Shown here in pieces: positions 16,406 through 24,841 of a stretch of 32,000 bases of DNA (position 1 is the first letter of the stretch; each line of letters opens with the position of its first letter). A model generated the notes under the pieces. It had not been told where the DNA came from. It did no database searches and saw only the letters and a list, made by a program, of their open reading frames with translations. The stretch covers positions 1,200,001-1,232,000 of the forward strand of contig CP001848.1 in NCBI GenBank assembly GCA_000025185.1, written 5' to 3'. The DNA is from Pirellula staleyi DSM 6068. Its GTDB lineage: Bacteria > Planctomycetota > Planctomycetia > Pirellulales > Pirellulaceae. The position numbers were made by a program, and so were the translations under genes.

Positions 16406-16640
16406 CGCCGATGCTCGAGACTCCCCATTTGCGTGAACATTCGGCCCCTTGGTGTGGTCGCCGTTCACCGCGCACCCGCGTCTGCTCTTAGCAGCTGGCC
16501 GCGACGTGTTTTTGTGGCGGAGAATCCAGCCTTTTTTGCATCCGTGGCGCGACACGTCCCCCAGGGACTGTTTTCGAGAATAGCCGCGCCCGATTCTTAT
16601 TTTTCACGACTGTTTGGCAAGAGCGAGGAGTTCGCACGCG

Positions 16641-17741
16641 ATGGCTCACGACGTAACGCTGATCACTGGCGATGGCACGGGTCCCGAATTGGCGGAAGCA
16701 GCTCGGTTGTGCGTCGATGCCACCGGAGTTGCGATCAACTGGGATGTGCAGGAAGCAGGGGTCGACGTGATGGCCCGCACCGGCACTCCCCTTCCCGACA
16801 GCGTGCTCGACTCGGTGCGCCGCACCAAGTGTGCCCTGAAGGCACCGATCACCACCCCGGTGGGTGGCGGTTTTCGCAGCATCAACGTTCACCTGCGACA
16901 AGAGCTCGGCCTCTACGCCTGCATTCGCCCTTGCAAACAATACCCGGGCGTTCGTAGCTACTTCAGCCAGCTCGGCATCGATATCGTGATCGTCCGCGAG
17001 AACACCGAAGATCTCTACGCCGGTGTTGAATTCGAAGCAGGCAAACCGGCGACCGGCGAACTGATCGAGTTCATCAACAAAATCTCGACCGACAAGAAGA
17101 TCAAAACCAAGTTCGAAGAGACTGGCGTTTCGATCAAGCCGATCAGCCGCAGTGGTACCGAACGAATCGTTCGCTGTGCATTCGACTACGCTCGCAAACA
17201 TGGCCGCAAGAAGGTCACGGCGGTCCACAAAGCGAACATCATGAAGTATTCGGATGGTCTCTACCTGCAGACCGCGACCAAAGTCGCCGCCGAATACCCT
17301 GATATCCAGTTCGAAGAACGGATCGTCGACAACATGTGCATGCAGCTGGTGCAGAAGCCAGAACTGTACGACGTGATCGTGCTGCCGAACCTCTACGGCG
17401 ACATCATCAGCGACCTCGGCGCTGGCCTCGTCGGTGGTTTGGGTGTGGCTCCGGGCGAGAACGTAGGCCCTGGCGGCGCTGTGTTCGAAGCAACCCACGG
17501 CAGTGCCCCGAAGTACAAGGGACTCAACAAGGTGAACCCCACCGCGCTGATTCTCTCGGGCATGCTGATGCTCCGCCACCTCGGCGAAATCGACGCCGCT
17601 GCACGCCTCGAGAAGGCTGTGGGAGACGTCATCGCCGAAGGTAAGTTCGTCACCTACGACCTGAAGGCCGATCGCAACGACCCCACCGCTGTCGGCACCC
17701 GCGAAATGGCCCAGGCCATCTGCGACAAGCTGAAAGCCTAG
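16641..17741 (+). CDS. icd: isocitrate dehydrogenase (prokaryotic type I, ICD/IPMDH family)
   Basis: ATG 16641 with GAGGAG 11-16 nt upstream. [23 protein letters not shown] parallels E. coli Icd [22 protein letters not shown], including the regulatory Ser position. [18 protein letters not shown]...[20 protein letters not shown] and [23 protein letters not shown] are also present. 366 aa. Cofactor specificity was not determined. Confidence 0.9.
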   Translation: MAHDVTLITGDGTGPELAEAARLCVDATGVAINWDVQEAGVDVMARTGTPLPDSVLDSVRRTKCALKAPITTPVGGGFRSINVHLRQELGLYACIRPCKQYPGVRSYFSQLGIDIVIVRENTEDLYAGVEFEAGKPATGELIEFINKISTDKKIKTKFEETGVSIKPISRSGTERIVRCAFDYARKHGRKKVTAVHKANIMKYSDGLYLQTATKVAAEYPDIQFEERIVDNMCMQLVQKPELYDVIVLPNLYGDIISDLGAGLVGGLGVAPGENVGPGGAVFEATHGSAPKYKGLNKVNPTALILSGMLMLRHLGEIDAAARLEKAVGDVIAEGKFVTYDLKADRNDPTAVGTREMAQAICDKLKA

Positions 17742-17780
17742 TTCGCAGGGCCGATGGCACGGCAGCTAAGTTCTCCGTAG

Positions 17781-17822
17781 GGCAGGCCGCTCGCCTGCCT
17801 CGCGGAGTCCCCAAGTCTCCGC
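17781..17822 (+). terminator. two consecutive GC-rich stem-loops after icd (terminator candidate, no U-tract)
   Basis: GGCAGGC-cgctc-GCCTGCC (17781-17799) and GCGGAG-tccccaagt-CTCCGC (17802-17822), 40-80 nt after the icd stop. Confidence 0.35.
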
Positions 17823-17899
17823 AAGAAAAGAAATAGCCTAGGTTTTGCTCGCCAACCTGGGCCCTGGTGTTCAGCGTCTACCACGGGAACTAACCCACG

Positions 17900-19009
17900 A
17901 TGCCTGTGCTTTCGCCCCGGCGATTCCACGACATCGTCAGTGGTCGCGATCGAACGATCGTCGGCAGCTGTTGGCGACTGCTCTTCGCCGCGCTACAGCC
18001 GATCTATCGCTGGATCATCACGCGCCGCAATCGCGAATTCGATGCTGGCCGGCGCGAAGTCAGCTCAGTCCCCGCCATTGTGGTGAGCGTGGGAAATCTC
18101 ACCGTCGGCGGCACCGGCAAAACTCCTTTAGTCCGCTGGCTTTGCGAGTTCTATCGTCGGCGTGGACACGATGTGGCGATCGTCAGCCGCGGCTATGGCG
18201 CAAAGCCGGGTCAGCTGAACGACGAAGCGCGAGAACTGGCGATTTACTTGCCCGACGTTCCTCACGAGCAAGCCCGCCAGCGGATCGACGCCGCCCGCCG
18301 GGTGCTCGAAACGTTCGAGGCCTCTCGCCAGGCCCCCAGCGATCTTGCGCCGGTCATCATCCTCGACGATGCGCTGCAACATCGCCAAATGGGGCGCTCG
18401 CTCGACATTGTTATGCTCGATGCCACCTGCCCGTTTGGTTACGAACGACTCCTCCCTGCCGGACTACTGCGCGAACCGCTCGAAAGCTTAAAGCGGGCGC
18501 AAATCATCGCCCTATCACGCGCAACTAGCATTGATGCGGCCGAGCGTTTAAAGATTAAACAGCGCGCGCTATCTTATAACCCAAAGGCCACTTGGGTAGA
18601 ACTTTCGCACGAGCCGCGAACCTTGATCGATTGCGATCGAAATGAAGAGCCGCTGGGGGATCTCAGCGGTAAACGGATCTTTGCCTTCTGCGGCATTGGC
18701 AACCCGGCCGCCTTTCGCAAGACACTCGAATCACTAGGCCCCGCGCTCACCGGTTTCGAAGTTTTCCCCGATCATGCCGAGTACGATCAGCTCCTGCTGG
18801 CCCAGCTCGAGCGCTCGATTCAAGCGCAGTCCCAAATCCCCGAGCTTGTCCTTTGCACACTCAAGGACCTCGTAAAGATTCCGCAGCGCTCGCTCGCCAA
18901 TATCCCACTCCGCGCCCTCTCGATCGACCTTGTCTTCAGCGACGGCCAAGCCTCCATGGAACATCAGCTCGCCTCCGCCGAACCCCTTTCCACCACCCCA
19001 GCCAGTTAG
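17900..19009 (+). CDS. lpxK: tetraacyldisaccharide 4'-kinase (lipid A biosynthesis)
   Basis: VVSVGNLTVGGTGKTPLVRWLCEFYRRRGHDVAIVSRGYG is the LpxK P-loop signature. ILDDALQH and LLPAGLLREP are also characteristic. Confidence 0.9.
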   Translation: MPVLSPRRFHDIVSGRDRTIVGSCWRLLFAALQPIYRWIITRRNREFDAGRREVSSVPAIVVSVGNLTVGGTGKTPLVRWLCEFYRRRGHDVAIVSRGYGAKPGQLNDEARELAIYLPDVPHEQARQRIDAARRVLETFEASRQAPSDLAPVIILDDALQHRQMGRSLDIVMLDATCPFGYERLLPAGLLREPLESLKRAQIIALSRATSIDAAERLKIKQRALSYNPKATWVELSHEPRTLIDCDRNEEPLGDLSGKRIFAFCGIGNPAAFRKTLESLGPALTGFEVFPDHAEYDQLLLAQLERSIQAQSQIPELVLCTLKDLVKIPQRSLANIPLRALSIDLVFSDGQASMEHQLASAEPLSTTPAS

Positions 19010-19080
19010 TTTGTCTGGCAAACGGCCGAATTGGCTGGTGCTCTATCATTAACCAACTGCTGTTGGTTGCTCCTCTTGTC

Positions 19081-19096
19081 TTGGGTTATAACCCAA
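19081..19096. promoter_or_regulatory. perfect 16-bp palindrome TTGGGTTATAACCCAA (operator or hairpin candidate)
   Basis: It lies in the 119-nt lpxK/next-gene spacer, 33 nt upstream of ATG 19129, and is preceded by the hairpin AACCAAC-tgct-GTTGGTT (19051-19068). It shares GGGTTATAAC with 15552-15561. Confidence 0.35.
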
Positions 19097-19128
19097 GTGA
19101 TCTGTTCTCTCTTCTCGAGGGTGCCACC

Positions 19129-19737
19129 ATGTTGATGCGATCCTTGCTGATTGGGCTCGTGGGGTTACTTGCGTTCGTGGACAACTATTCACTAGCGATG
19201 GCGCACGAGCCGCAACTAACTCTGGTAGAAGCGCGAGAATCGGACGATGTGAAGATCCAGCTACGGATCGCGGGAGAGAATCGAATCCCTCAGGGTGAAA
19301 CGTTCGCGATCGAACTGGTGATCATGCCCAAGAAATCGGGCAAGATGCTCTATCAGCCGCGATTCAACAGGCTGCTTCCTCCGTGCGGATCGCTCGCCTT
19401 GTTCGATTCCGAGAAGCGCTACCTCGGTGATGTTTTTCTGCGAACAGGTGGTTCGTTCATCTACCCCGGCCCACAGGACTGGGTTCCGCTCACCGATCAG
19501 CCGATCGTTGTTCGGGGTGAGTATTGCAGCGACCGCTTGGGAGAACTCGAAGCCTTGCCGCCGGGACAGTACTACGTGCAACTAACCTTCCACGCCGGAG
19601 TGATTGCCGACCGACGCGACGATCTCAAGAACGATCTTCTCCGCCATGCTGCGTGGGATAATTTCCGAAACAAAGGCCGGCAGCATCTCACCGGACCGTG
19701 CACAAGCGCTGTGGAGTTCACGATTACCCGCCAATAA
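19129..19737 (+). CDS. secreted hypothetical protein (202 aa)
   Basis: The real start is probably ATG 19129 (MLMRSLLIGLVGLLAFVDNYSLAMAHE = signal peptide). The track's extension back to 18853 overlaps lpxK. I recognise no family. Confidence 0.65.
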   Translation: MLMRSLLIGLVGLLAFVDNYSLAMAHEPQLTLVEARESDDVKIQLRIAGENRIPQGETFAIELVIMPKKSGKMLYQPRFNRLLPPCGSLALFDSEKRYLGDVFLRTGGSFIYPGPQDWVPLTDQPIVVRGEYCSDRLGELEALPPGQYYVQLTFHAGVIADRRDDLKNDLLRHAAWDNFRNKGRQHLTGPCTSAVEFTITRQ

Positions 19738-19771
19738 TCAGATGGCTCTGTTCCAAACCATCATTTGCCAC

Positions 19772-21784
19772 TTACGGCACTTCGAGCCGAACAAATTCAT
19801 CGGTGATGGTGGGGCCGGTGGGAACGGTAAACCGCTGCTGAAAGGTCCCTTTCGCAAGCGACTTGGTGTAGGTCTTCACCTCCCCCGCTTCGCGCCAGGC
19901 ATAGACAATATTGGTAGCGGGTGGACTTGGCGTTTGATGCACGCCGTACATCTGCACGTCGAACAGCCCGGTGGGATAGCCACCCTGATAGAAATGGACT
20001 CGCACGAGTGCTTCACGAATCGGATGCTGTGCCAGATCGGCCTTACCGTAAACCCAGCCGCTCGAAAACTCGTTATCGGTCGGAGTAATCGCCTCGCCAA
20101 ATTTTGTCCAAGTCTTTCCCTCATCGACCGAGTAGTCGAGATGAAAGTCGGTCACCTCAGGGGCGGGAGAGCGAATCTTGTAGCGTGCAGCTGCGCGAAT
20201 CTCGGTCAGCAGATTACCATCCCCCTGCACACGAAAGACCACCTGCCCCGGCTTGTTGTTAGTGGTTTGATACATCATCCGATTTTCGAGCGAGCGTGGC
20301 GCATATTTCACGTTGCTGCTGCGAAGTTCGTGCACTTCTACGGACTTGGTTAGTTCCGCTTCGCTGAGGCTCCAGTTGGGAAGAACCGGGGTCACGCCGC
20401 GCGAAGCGACTCGATAGAGGACTTCCGATCCACTCGGCTTGAGGCGCGGATAGATTGCCTCGCACACCTGCGTGGTGGTGGTGAACTTCAGCTGATCGAG
20501 CCCACTGGCCGCCTGCCAAGTGCAGCGCACACGCCAGCCGTAATGCCCCTTCACGATGTCGGTGAAATCCTCGCGAAACGCCCCTGCGACGACGCGCTGG
20601 TCCTGGCTCCAGGTCTGTCCCTCATCGGTCGAAACTGCGAGCGTTACTTTGCCAACCGCCTGGCCTTCGATCACCAGTCCGTCGGTTGCCTTGCCGGTCA
20701 TAGGGTTCGCATCGTCGACCGGATCACCGCAGATCACATAAGGCGAGAAATGCTTGAACTCGATCGATGCCGCCCCCTCTTTCGACGTGAGCAGGGGAGA
20801 CTGCTGTTGAGCGATCAAATTCGTGGACTTGGCGATCACACCTTCTAAATGCGCGGCGGTCGATAGATCGGGGGTGTATTCAAAAAGTCCGTTGCAGTAG
20901 GTGACACTGCTGCGCGCGTTATGCTTCTCGCCAGTATGCTCGGGGGTGCCATTGTTGGCAAAGGTCCAGTTCCGCGCAGGACCACCCGCCTGATGATGCC
21001 AAAAGCGTCGTTTGGTCAGTCCCCCAAAATGATCGCGGTTATAATAGCGCGTGAAAGTTTCGCCCCGTCGCAAACTTATAATTCCAGGGTGGGCCTCATA
21101 ACCACTATTATACATCTTAAACCAATTGCCACCCTGAGCAACTTGCTCCCAGCCTGCCACCATCGCCTGATAATCGCCAGGCCAAGCAAAGGGATAGCAA
21201 GGAACGGGTGGTTTGGAGTTTTTGATGATCGAGCGGTCGGCGATGATATCTTCATAGCCAGCCACCACGCCATCTTTGCGGAAAAGAAGCCCCGCCATAT
21301 CGGTATCAAAAGTGTGCCATGCACCTCCATACTCAATTTCGCTATTGGTATGCCCCGGGAAAGCGCGGCGGCGAACGTTGAAGCCGAGCGATTTCCAGTA
21401 AGGCTCGTTCCAGGCGTGCACGGTTCCGCAGAGACCATAGCCGTACGAAAAACGTGCGCGGCTGGCGTCGTAGACGATCAGGTCTTCGTTGGTCTTGGCG
21501 GTGTCGGGTGCGATGGGAAGCGCGCTCGGCTCTTGCGGCGACATCAAGTGCCACTGGTGGGTGAGGATCCAGTTATAGAGAGCGAGCGCTTTCTCTTGCT
21601 CGCTCTTGTGCCCCTCGGTGGCAAAGCGAACGCAGTCGTCGGCCGTTTGAAACGCCCCTTCACCCGGATAGTGCGGATGATCGGTCCGCAGGGTCGGGTC
21701 CCCCACGACAGCCCCAAGAGGCGATGTGAAACTCGCCAGCAAGGTGATGGCGAGCAGCGAAACATAGCGAGGAGCGTTGGACAT
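19772..21784 (-). CDS. secreted transglutaminase-like cysteine-protease-fold protein with two Asp-box (BNR) containing C-terminal modules
   Basis: ATG 21784 (MSNAPRYVSLLAITLLASFTSPLGAVVG signal peptide). The Cys-His-Asp core is YGYGLCGTVHAWNEPYWKSLGFNVRRRAFPGHTNSEIEYGGAWHTFDTD. Asp-boxes are STDEGQTWS and SVDEGKTWT (SxDxGxTW). Confidence 0.75.
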   Translation of the reverse strand: MSNAPRYVSLLAITLLASFTSPLGAVVGDPTLRTDHPHYPGEGAFQTADDCVRFATEGHKSEQEKALALYNWILTHQWHLMSPQEPSALPIAPDTAKTNEDLIVYDASRARFSYGYGLCGTVHAWNEPYWKSLGFNVRRRAFPGHTNSEIEYGGAWHTFDTDMAGLLFRKDGVVAGYEDIIADRSIIKNSKPPVPCYPFAWPGDYQAMVAGWEQVAQGGNWFKMYNSGYEAHPGIISLRRGETFTRYYNRDHFGGLTKRRFWHHQAGGPARNWTFANNGTPEHTGEKHNARSSVTYCNGLFEYTPDLSTAAHLEGVIAKSTNLIAQQQSPLLTSKEGAASIEFKHFSPYVICGDPVDDANPMTGKATDGLVIEGQAVGKVTLAVSTDEGQTWSQDQRVVAGAFREDFTDIVKGHYGWRVRCTWQAASGLDQLKFTTTTQVCEAIYPRLKPSGSEVLYRVASRGVTPVLPNWSLSEAELTKSVEVHELRSSNVKYAPRSLENRMMYQTTNNKPGQVVFRVQGDGNLLTEIRAAARYKIRSPAPEVTDFHLDYSVDEGKTWTKFGEAITPTDNEFSSGWVYGKADLAQHPIREALVRVHFYQGGYPTGLFDVQMYGVHQTPSPPATNIVYAWREAGEVKTYTKSLAKGTFQQRFTVPTGPTITDEFVRLEVP

Positions 21785-22281
21785 CAGCAGGCTCTCCAAA
21801 CGTTGCGCGAGGCGTGTCGGCAGTGGCCGATGGATAGCGGCGTGGGGAGATTTTAGCGATGCGGGTCGCCAATTGCACGCAGGCTGTGGCCATAGCGGAA
21901 GTCGATGACGACTTGAGCGCAAAAAGAAAGCCGAGTGACGCTGCTGGGTGCAGCATACACACCCGAACTCCTGTCAGGTCCCTGATTGGGGACCAGGACC
22001 TACTGCTTCATCCAGAGATCAGTGTCAGACTGCAATCAGCAGGCTTTAATCCAGTGTGCCCCTGGGCTCTGCCCAGTGAGAAGTGCAAATGGACTCTGTT
22101 TTCAGGCAGATTTCGCCAAAAACATCGGTTCCAGCTTCTGCACTAGCAAAATGCCAGTGGCACCCCATAAACACCTGATATTTATCGATAGACGAAGTAC
22201 GACTGAGCTTCGACTGGCGGGAGCCCAGCCCTACACGCTGACAGCTGTGTGCCTGGTGTCGATGGCTCGGCAGGGGGCAAG

Positions 22282-22641
22282 CTACTTCACCTTGCGGCGA
22301 TCGCGAGCGGGTGGAGTCGGGGGGAGAGTTGCCGGAACGTCGATCCGGTGAGCGGGGGCTTCGGTGGTCGCCTGAGCGGGGCGATGCTGGGGATCGATTT
22401 CGTCCCACCAATCGCGGTGGCGATAGACCACGCTGATGTGGTTGACGATCTCGACGCTCGGAAGATCGCCACGCAGCAGCTCTTGCGCCAGCTGCTTGTG
22501 ATAGAACGAATCGACGTTGCCACGGAGCACGACGCAATCGTCTTGCTGTGTCACTTCGAGCGTACGGATGACGTAGATGCGACTGCGCGAGAGGATTTCG
22601 CGAGCCCGGTCCGCGAGTCCGGAAACGAGAGTTTCGGCCAT
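22282..22641 (-). CDS. BON domain protein with Pro-rich C-terminal tail
   Basis: ATG 22641 is preceded by GGAGG 5 nt upstream. VVLRGNVDSFYHKQLAQELLRGDLPSVEIVNHISVV fits the BON pattern (V.L.G.V.s....A......gV..V.N.i.V). Confidence 0.7.
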   Translation of the reverse strand: MAETLVSGLADRAREILSRSRIYVIRTLEVTQQDDCVVLRGNVDSFYHKQLAQELLRGDLPSVEIVNHISVVYRHRDWWDEIDPQHRPAQATTEAPAHRIDVPATLPPTPPARDRRKVK

Positions 22642-22771
22642 ATTGGCCTCCATCCTTGGCCGGCAGTGATTCAGCTGCGGAAGCTGCACTGACCGGCAAT
22701 GTGCCACGCGTTGGCTTCTGTTTCGCCGCCTGATTCGAAACAAGAGCCGAGGGGGGATCCGTCACGATCTA

Positions 22772-22799
22772 AATGTAAGAATCGACCTACCCAAGTCAA
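22772..22799 (-). promoter_or_regulatory. sigma70-like promoter candidate for the BON-domain gene
   Basis: On the minus strand: TTGACT (22799-22794), a 16-nt spacer, then TACATT (22777-22772), about 130 nt upstream of ATG 22641. This is a consensus match only. Confidence 0.3.
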
Positions 22800-22852
22800 C
22801 ACGCATTGATGAATAGTTGGCAATTAAACCAACTGCGTGCACGCATGCACGT

Positions 22853-23521
22853 TTAGGAGATCGCGTTGATCTTGCCAATCTTCTTCAAATATGCCAGCAC
22901 TTCTGCTGCTAGCACTTCGGGGGATTTTTCAGCGGATTGGAGATGCAATTCGGGGCTTTCGGGTGCCTCATAAGGATCAGAAATGCCGGTGAAATGTGGA
23001 ATCTCTCCCGCCCGCGCTTTCTTATAAAGACCTTTGGGATCGCGCGCTTCGCACACCTCGAGTGGGGCATCCACAAAGACTTCAATAAAGTCGTCGGCGC
23101 GGCCGCGCGAGGTAACTAGCGACCGCACTAAATTGCGGTCGGCCCGATAGGGAGAGACAAACGCAGTGAGGGTGATCATGCCAGCCGAGACGAACAGTTC
23201 GGCAACTGCACCGATCCGGCGGATGTTCTCCTGGCGATCTTCCGGCGCAAAGCCGAGCCCAAAGCGTTTGGCAAAGGTTTCGCCATAGCTGGCGAGCATC
23301 GCTGGCGAAGGATTGAGCGAGTGACGGACATTATCGCCGTCGAGCAGAAAGCTGCGGGCTCCCAGCTTGTGCAGTTCGCGATCGACGACGTTGGCCACGG
23401 TGCTTTTGCCACAGCCGGAGAGACCGGTGAACCAGACGACACATCCGGCGTGATGATTGAGGGCCTCGCGCTCCTCGCGCGAGACATTGTGGGCATGCCA
23501 AACGACGTGGGTCTTATCCAT
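22853..23521 (-). CDS. cysC: adenylylsulfate (APS) kinase
   Basis: [43 protein letters not shown] and [32 protein letters not shown] are canonical CysC motifs. 222 aa, stand-alone (not fused to CysN). Confidence 0.93.
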   Translation of the reverse strand: MDKTHVVWHAHNVSREEREALNHHAGCVVWFTGLSGCGKSTVANVVDRELHKLGARSFLLDGDNVRHSLNPSPAMLASYGETFAKRFGLGFAPEDRQENIRRIGAVAELFVSAGMITLTAFVSPYRADRNLVRSLVTSRGRADDFIEVFVDAPLEVCEARDPKGLYKKARAGEIPHFTGISDPYEAPESPELHLQSAEKSPEVLAAEVLAYLKKIGKINAIS

Positions 23522-23580
23522 CGCAGAAATCTCGAAAACGAACGGTCAAAGTGATCGGGGCGGCGCTTGAGGGCCGCGCT

Positions 23581-24678
23581 CTACGCATCGGTCGCTAGCC
23601 CTGCCAGCTCGCAGAGGTTGGAGTCGAGGACCCCTTGAGGACAGCTCCAAACGAGGAAAAACAGAGCCTCGCGGCAATAGCGTCCGGCTGGATGGTCGGC
23701 AGCGTAGCCCGCCCCTTTGCAGGCGACAAGGGCCGCCTGCGATGCCCGTAGGACAAGACTATTGGCGCTGCTGCGAAGTTCAGCGGGGATCGCCGAACTA
23801 TGGCCGAGGGAGAGTGCCATCAGCGTGCTAACCAGCTCGTCGTGCTCGGCTTCGATGGCGGCAGTAGCCTCGAGGAGATTCGGCCGGAGAGCCGCCTCGC
23901 GCTTCAAAATTTCGATGGCAGCGGCGGCTAGGCCCAGGGCTAAGGTGGAGGTTTGTAGCCCCCCTGTCCGGCCACCAATGCCTTGCTGCATGACGTTCGG
24001 AACCGGTCCGGCGAGTAAAAAGTGAGCGTCGACGAACACTTCCGCGAGATTCACAGCGCCGGTATGGCTGCTCGAGAGTCCCACGAGGGGTGGTGCGGGA
24101 GGAATCTGCACGCCGGAGAGATGGGTCGGCAGGGCAACGAGGATTTGCCGACCATCGTCGAGTGTCGCGCCGAGCACCACATGCTGGGCGAAGGTCGCAC
24201 CGGTCACCCATGGTGTGCTGCCAGTGAGGACGAATCCCCCCTCGACTTCGCGGGCCGCAATGGCGGGGCGACCCAGGTGTTGGCGACTGGTGGTGAGATG
24301 CGAAATGCCGACCGTGGCAAAGGAGCTGCCGCTGGCGAGTGGCTCGAGCAGTTCGCTTTGCAGCGCTAAGTTGCTCGAGGCGGCGATCCGCTGCATCGCG
24401 CCGGTGCGCTGCGTGAGGATGAACGTGGTGGTGAGGCACGCTTTGCTGAGGGCCAAATAGCCGCGCACGACGTCGTGCTCGCTCCAGCCTAGGCCGCCGA
24501 GTTCGACCGGCAAAAACCAGCGAAAAACGCCCGCTTCGGCCAACAGTCGCAGCTGCGCACCGGGCCAAATGCCGGGCCAATCGAGCCTGCCACTCCGCGC
24601 TCGGAGTTCGTCGCAAAGCACCGCAAGTTGCGGATCGTCGGGCGACTCCATCATCGGCTGTTCTACCACGCAGTTCAC
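23581..24678 (-). CDS. acyl-CoA dehydrogenase-fold flavoprotein (family member of unknown specificity)
   Basis: LAEAGVFRWFLPVELGGLGWSEHDVVRGYLALSKACLTTTFILTQRTGAMQRI, then the beta-domain GFVLTGSTPWVTGATFAQHVVLGA and a C-terminal helical domain. GTG start at 24678, with ATG 24654 as an alternative. It lies 59 nt upstream of cysC on the same strand. Confidence 0.7.
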   Translation of the reverse strand: MNCVVEQPMMESPDDPQLAVLCDELRARSGRLDWPGIWPGAQLRLLAEAGVFRWFLPVELGGLGWSEHDVVRGYLALSKACLTTTFILTQRTGAMQRIAASSNLALQSELLEPLASGSSFATVGISHLTTSRQHLGRPAIAAREVEGGFVLTGSTPWVTGATFAQHVVLGATLDDGRQILVALPTHLSGVQIPPAPPLVGLSSSHTGAVNLAEVFVDAHFLLAGPVPNVMQQGIGGRTGGLQTSTLALGLAAAAIEILKREAALRPNLLEATAAIEAEHDELVSTLMALSLGHSSAIPAELRSSANSLVLRASQAALVACKGAGYAADHPAGRYCREALFFLVWSCPQGVLDSNLCELAGLATDA

Positions 24679-24841
24679 CTTCGTTGGTTTTGGCGCGAAC
24701 GTTCAGTCCCGGGATTATATCGCATCTGGCCCGCCCGCGCATCGGTGCGGCGAGCGCGATACACTGAGCTGCCTCATTTGTAATCCCATCGGCGAATCGC
24801 ACGATTCAACGAGCGACCCACTTCACTGCGCGAGGTGTCTC

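Noticed and set aside
16488-17579. 363-aa ORF antisense to icd
   Set aside because: It lies exactly opposite a confidently identified gene. Its composition (D/V/H/R-rich, no motifs) is typical of shadow ORFs in high-GC genes. Such antisense translations have historically been mis-annotated (for example as NAD-specific glutamate dehydrogenase-like).
20921-21856. 311-aa plus-strand ORF, and other antisense ORFs such as 4909-5649, 6363-6968, 8340-8849 and 30524-31303
   Set aside because: All lie opposite well-supported genes. They are Arg/Gly/His-rich, lack SD sequences and lack domain signatures. This is a high-GC stop-codon-depletion artefact.
21986-22351. 121-aa Cys-containing ORF in the long spacer (possible small secreted or Cys-rich peptide)
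   Set aside because: It has a TTG start without an SD, many rare codons for this genome (AGA, TTA, ATA, CGA), and it runs into the 3' end of the BON gene on the opposite strand.
22046-22765. 239-aa minus-strand ORF spanning the BON gene region
   Set aside because: It is an Arg/Pro/Ser-rich alternative frame of the BON-domain gene and the spacer. The BON frame has a GGAGG SD and a recognisable domain.
22834-22845. 12-bp perfect palindrome TGCGTGCACGCA (and CGCCGCGCGGCG at 5759-5770)
   Set aside because: About 8 perfect 12-bp palindromes are expected by chance in 32 kb. There is no recurrence and no positional argument beyond being intergenic.
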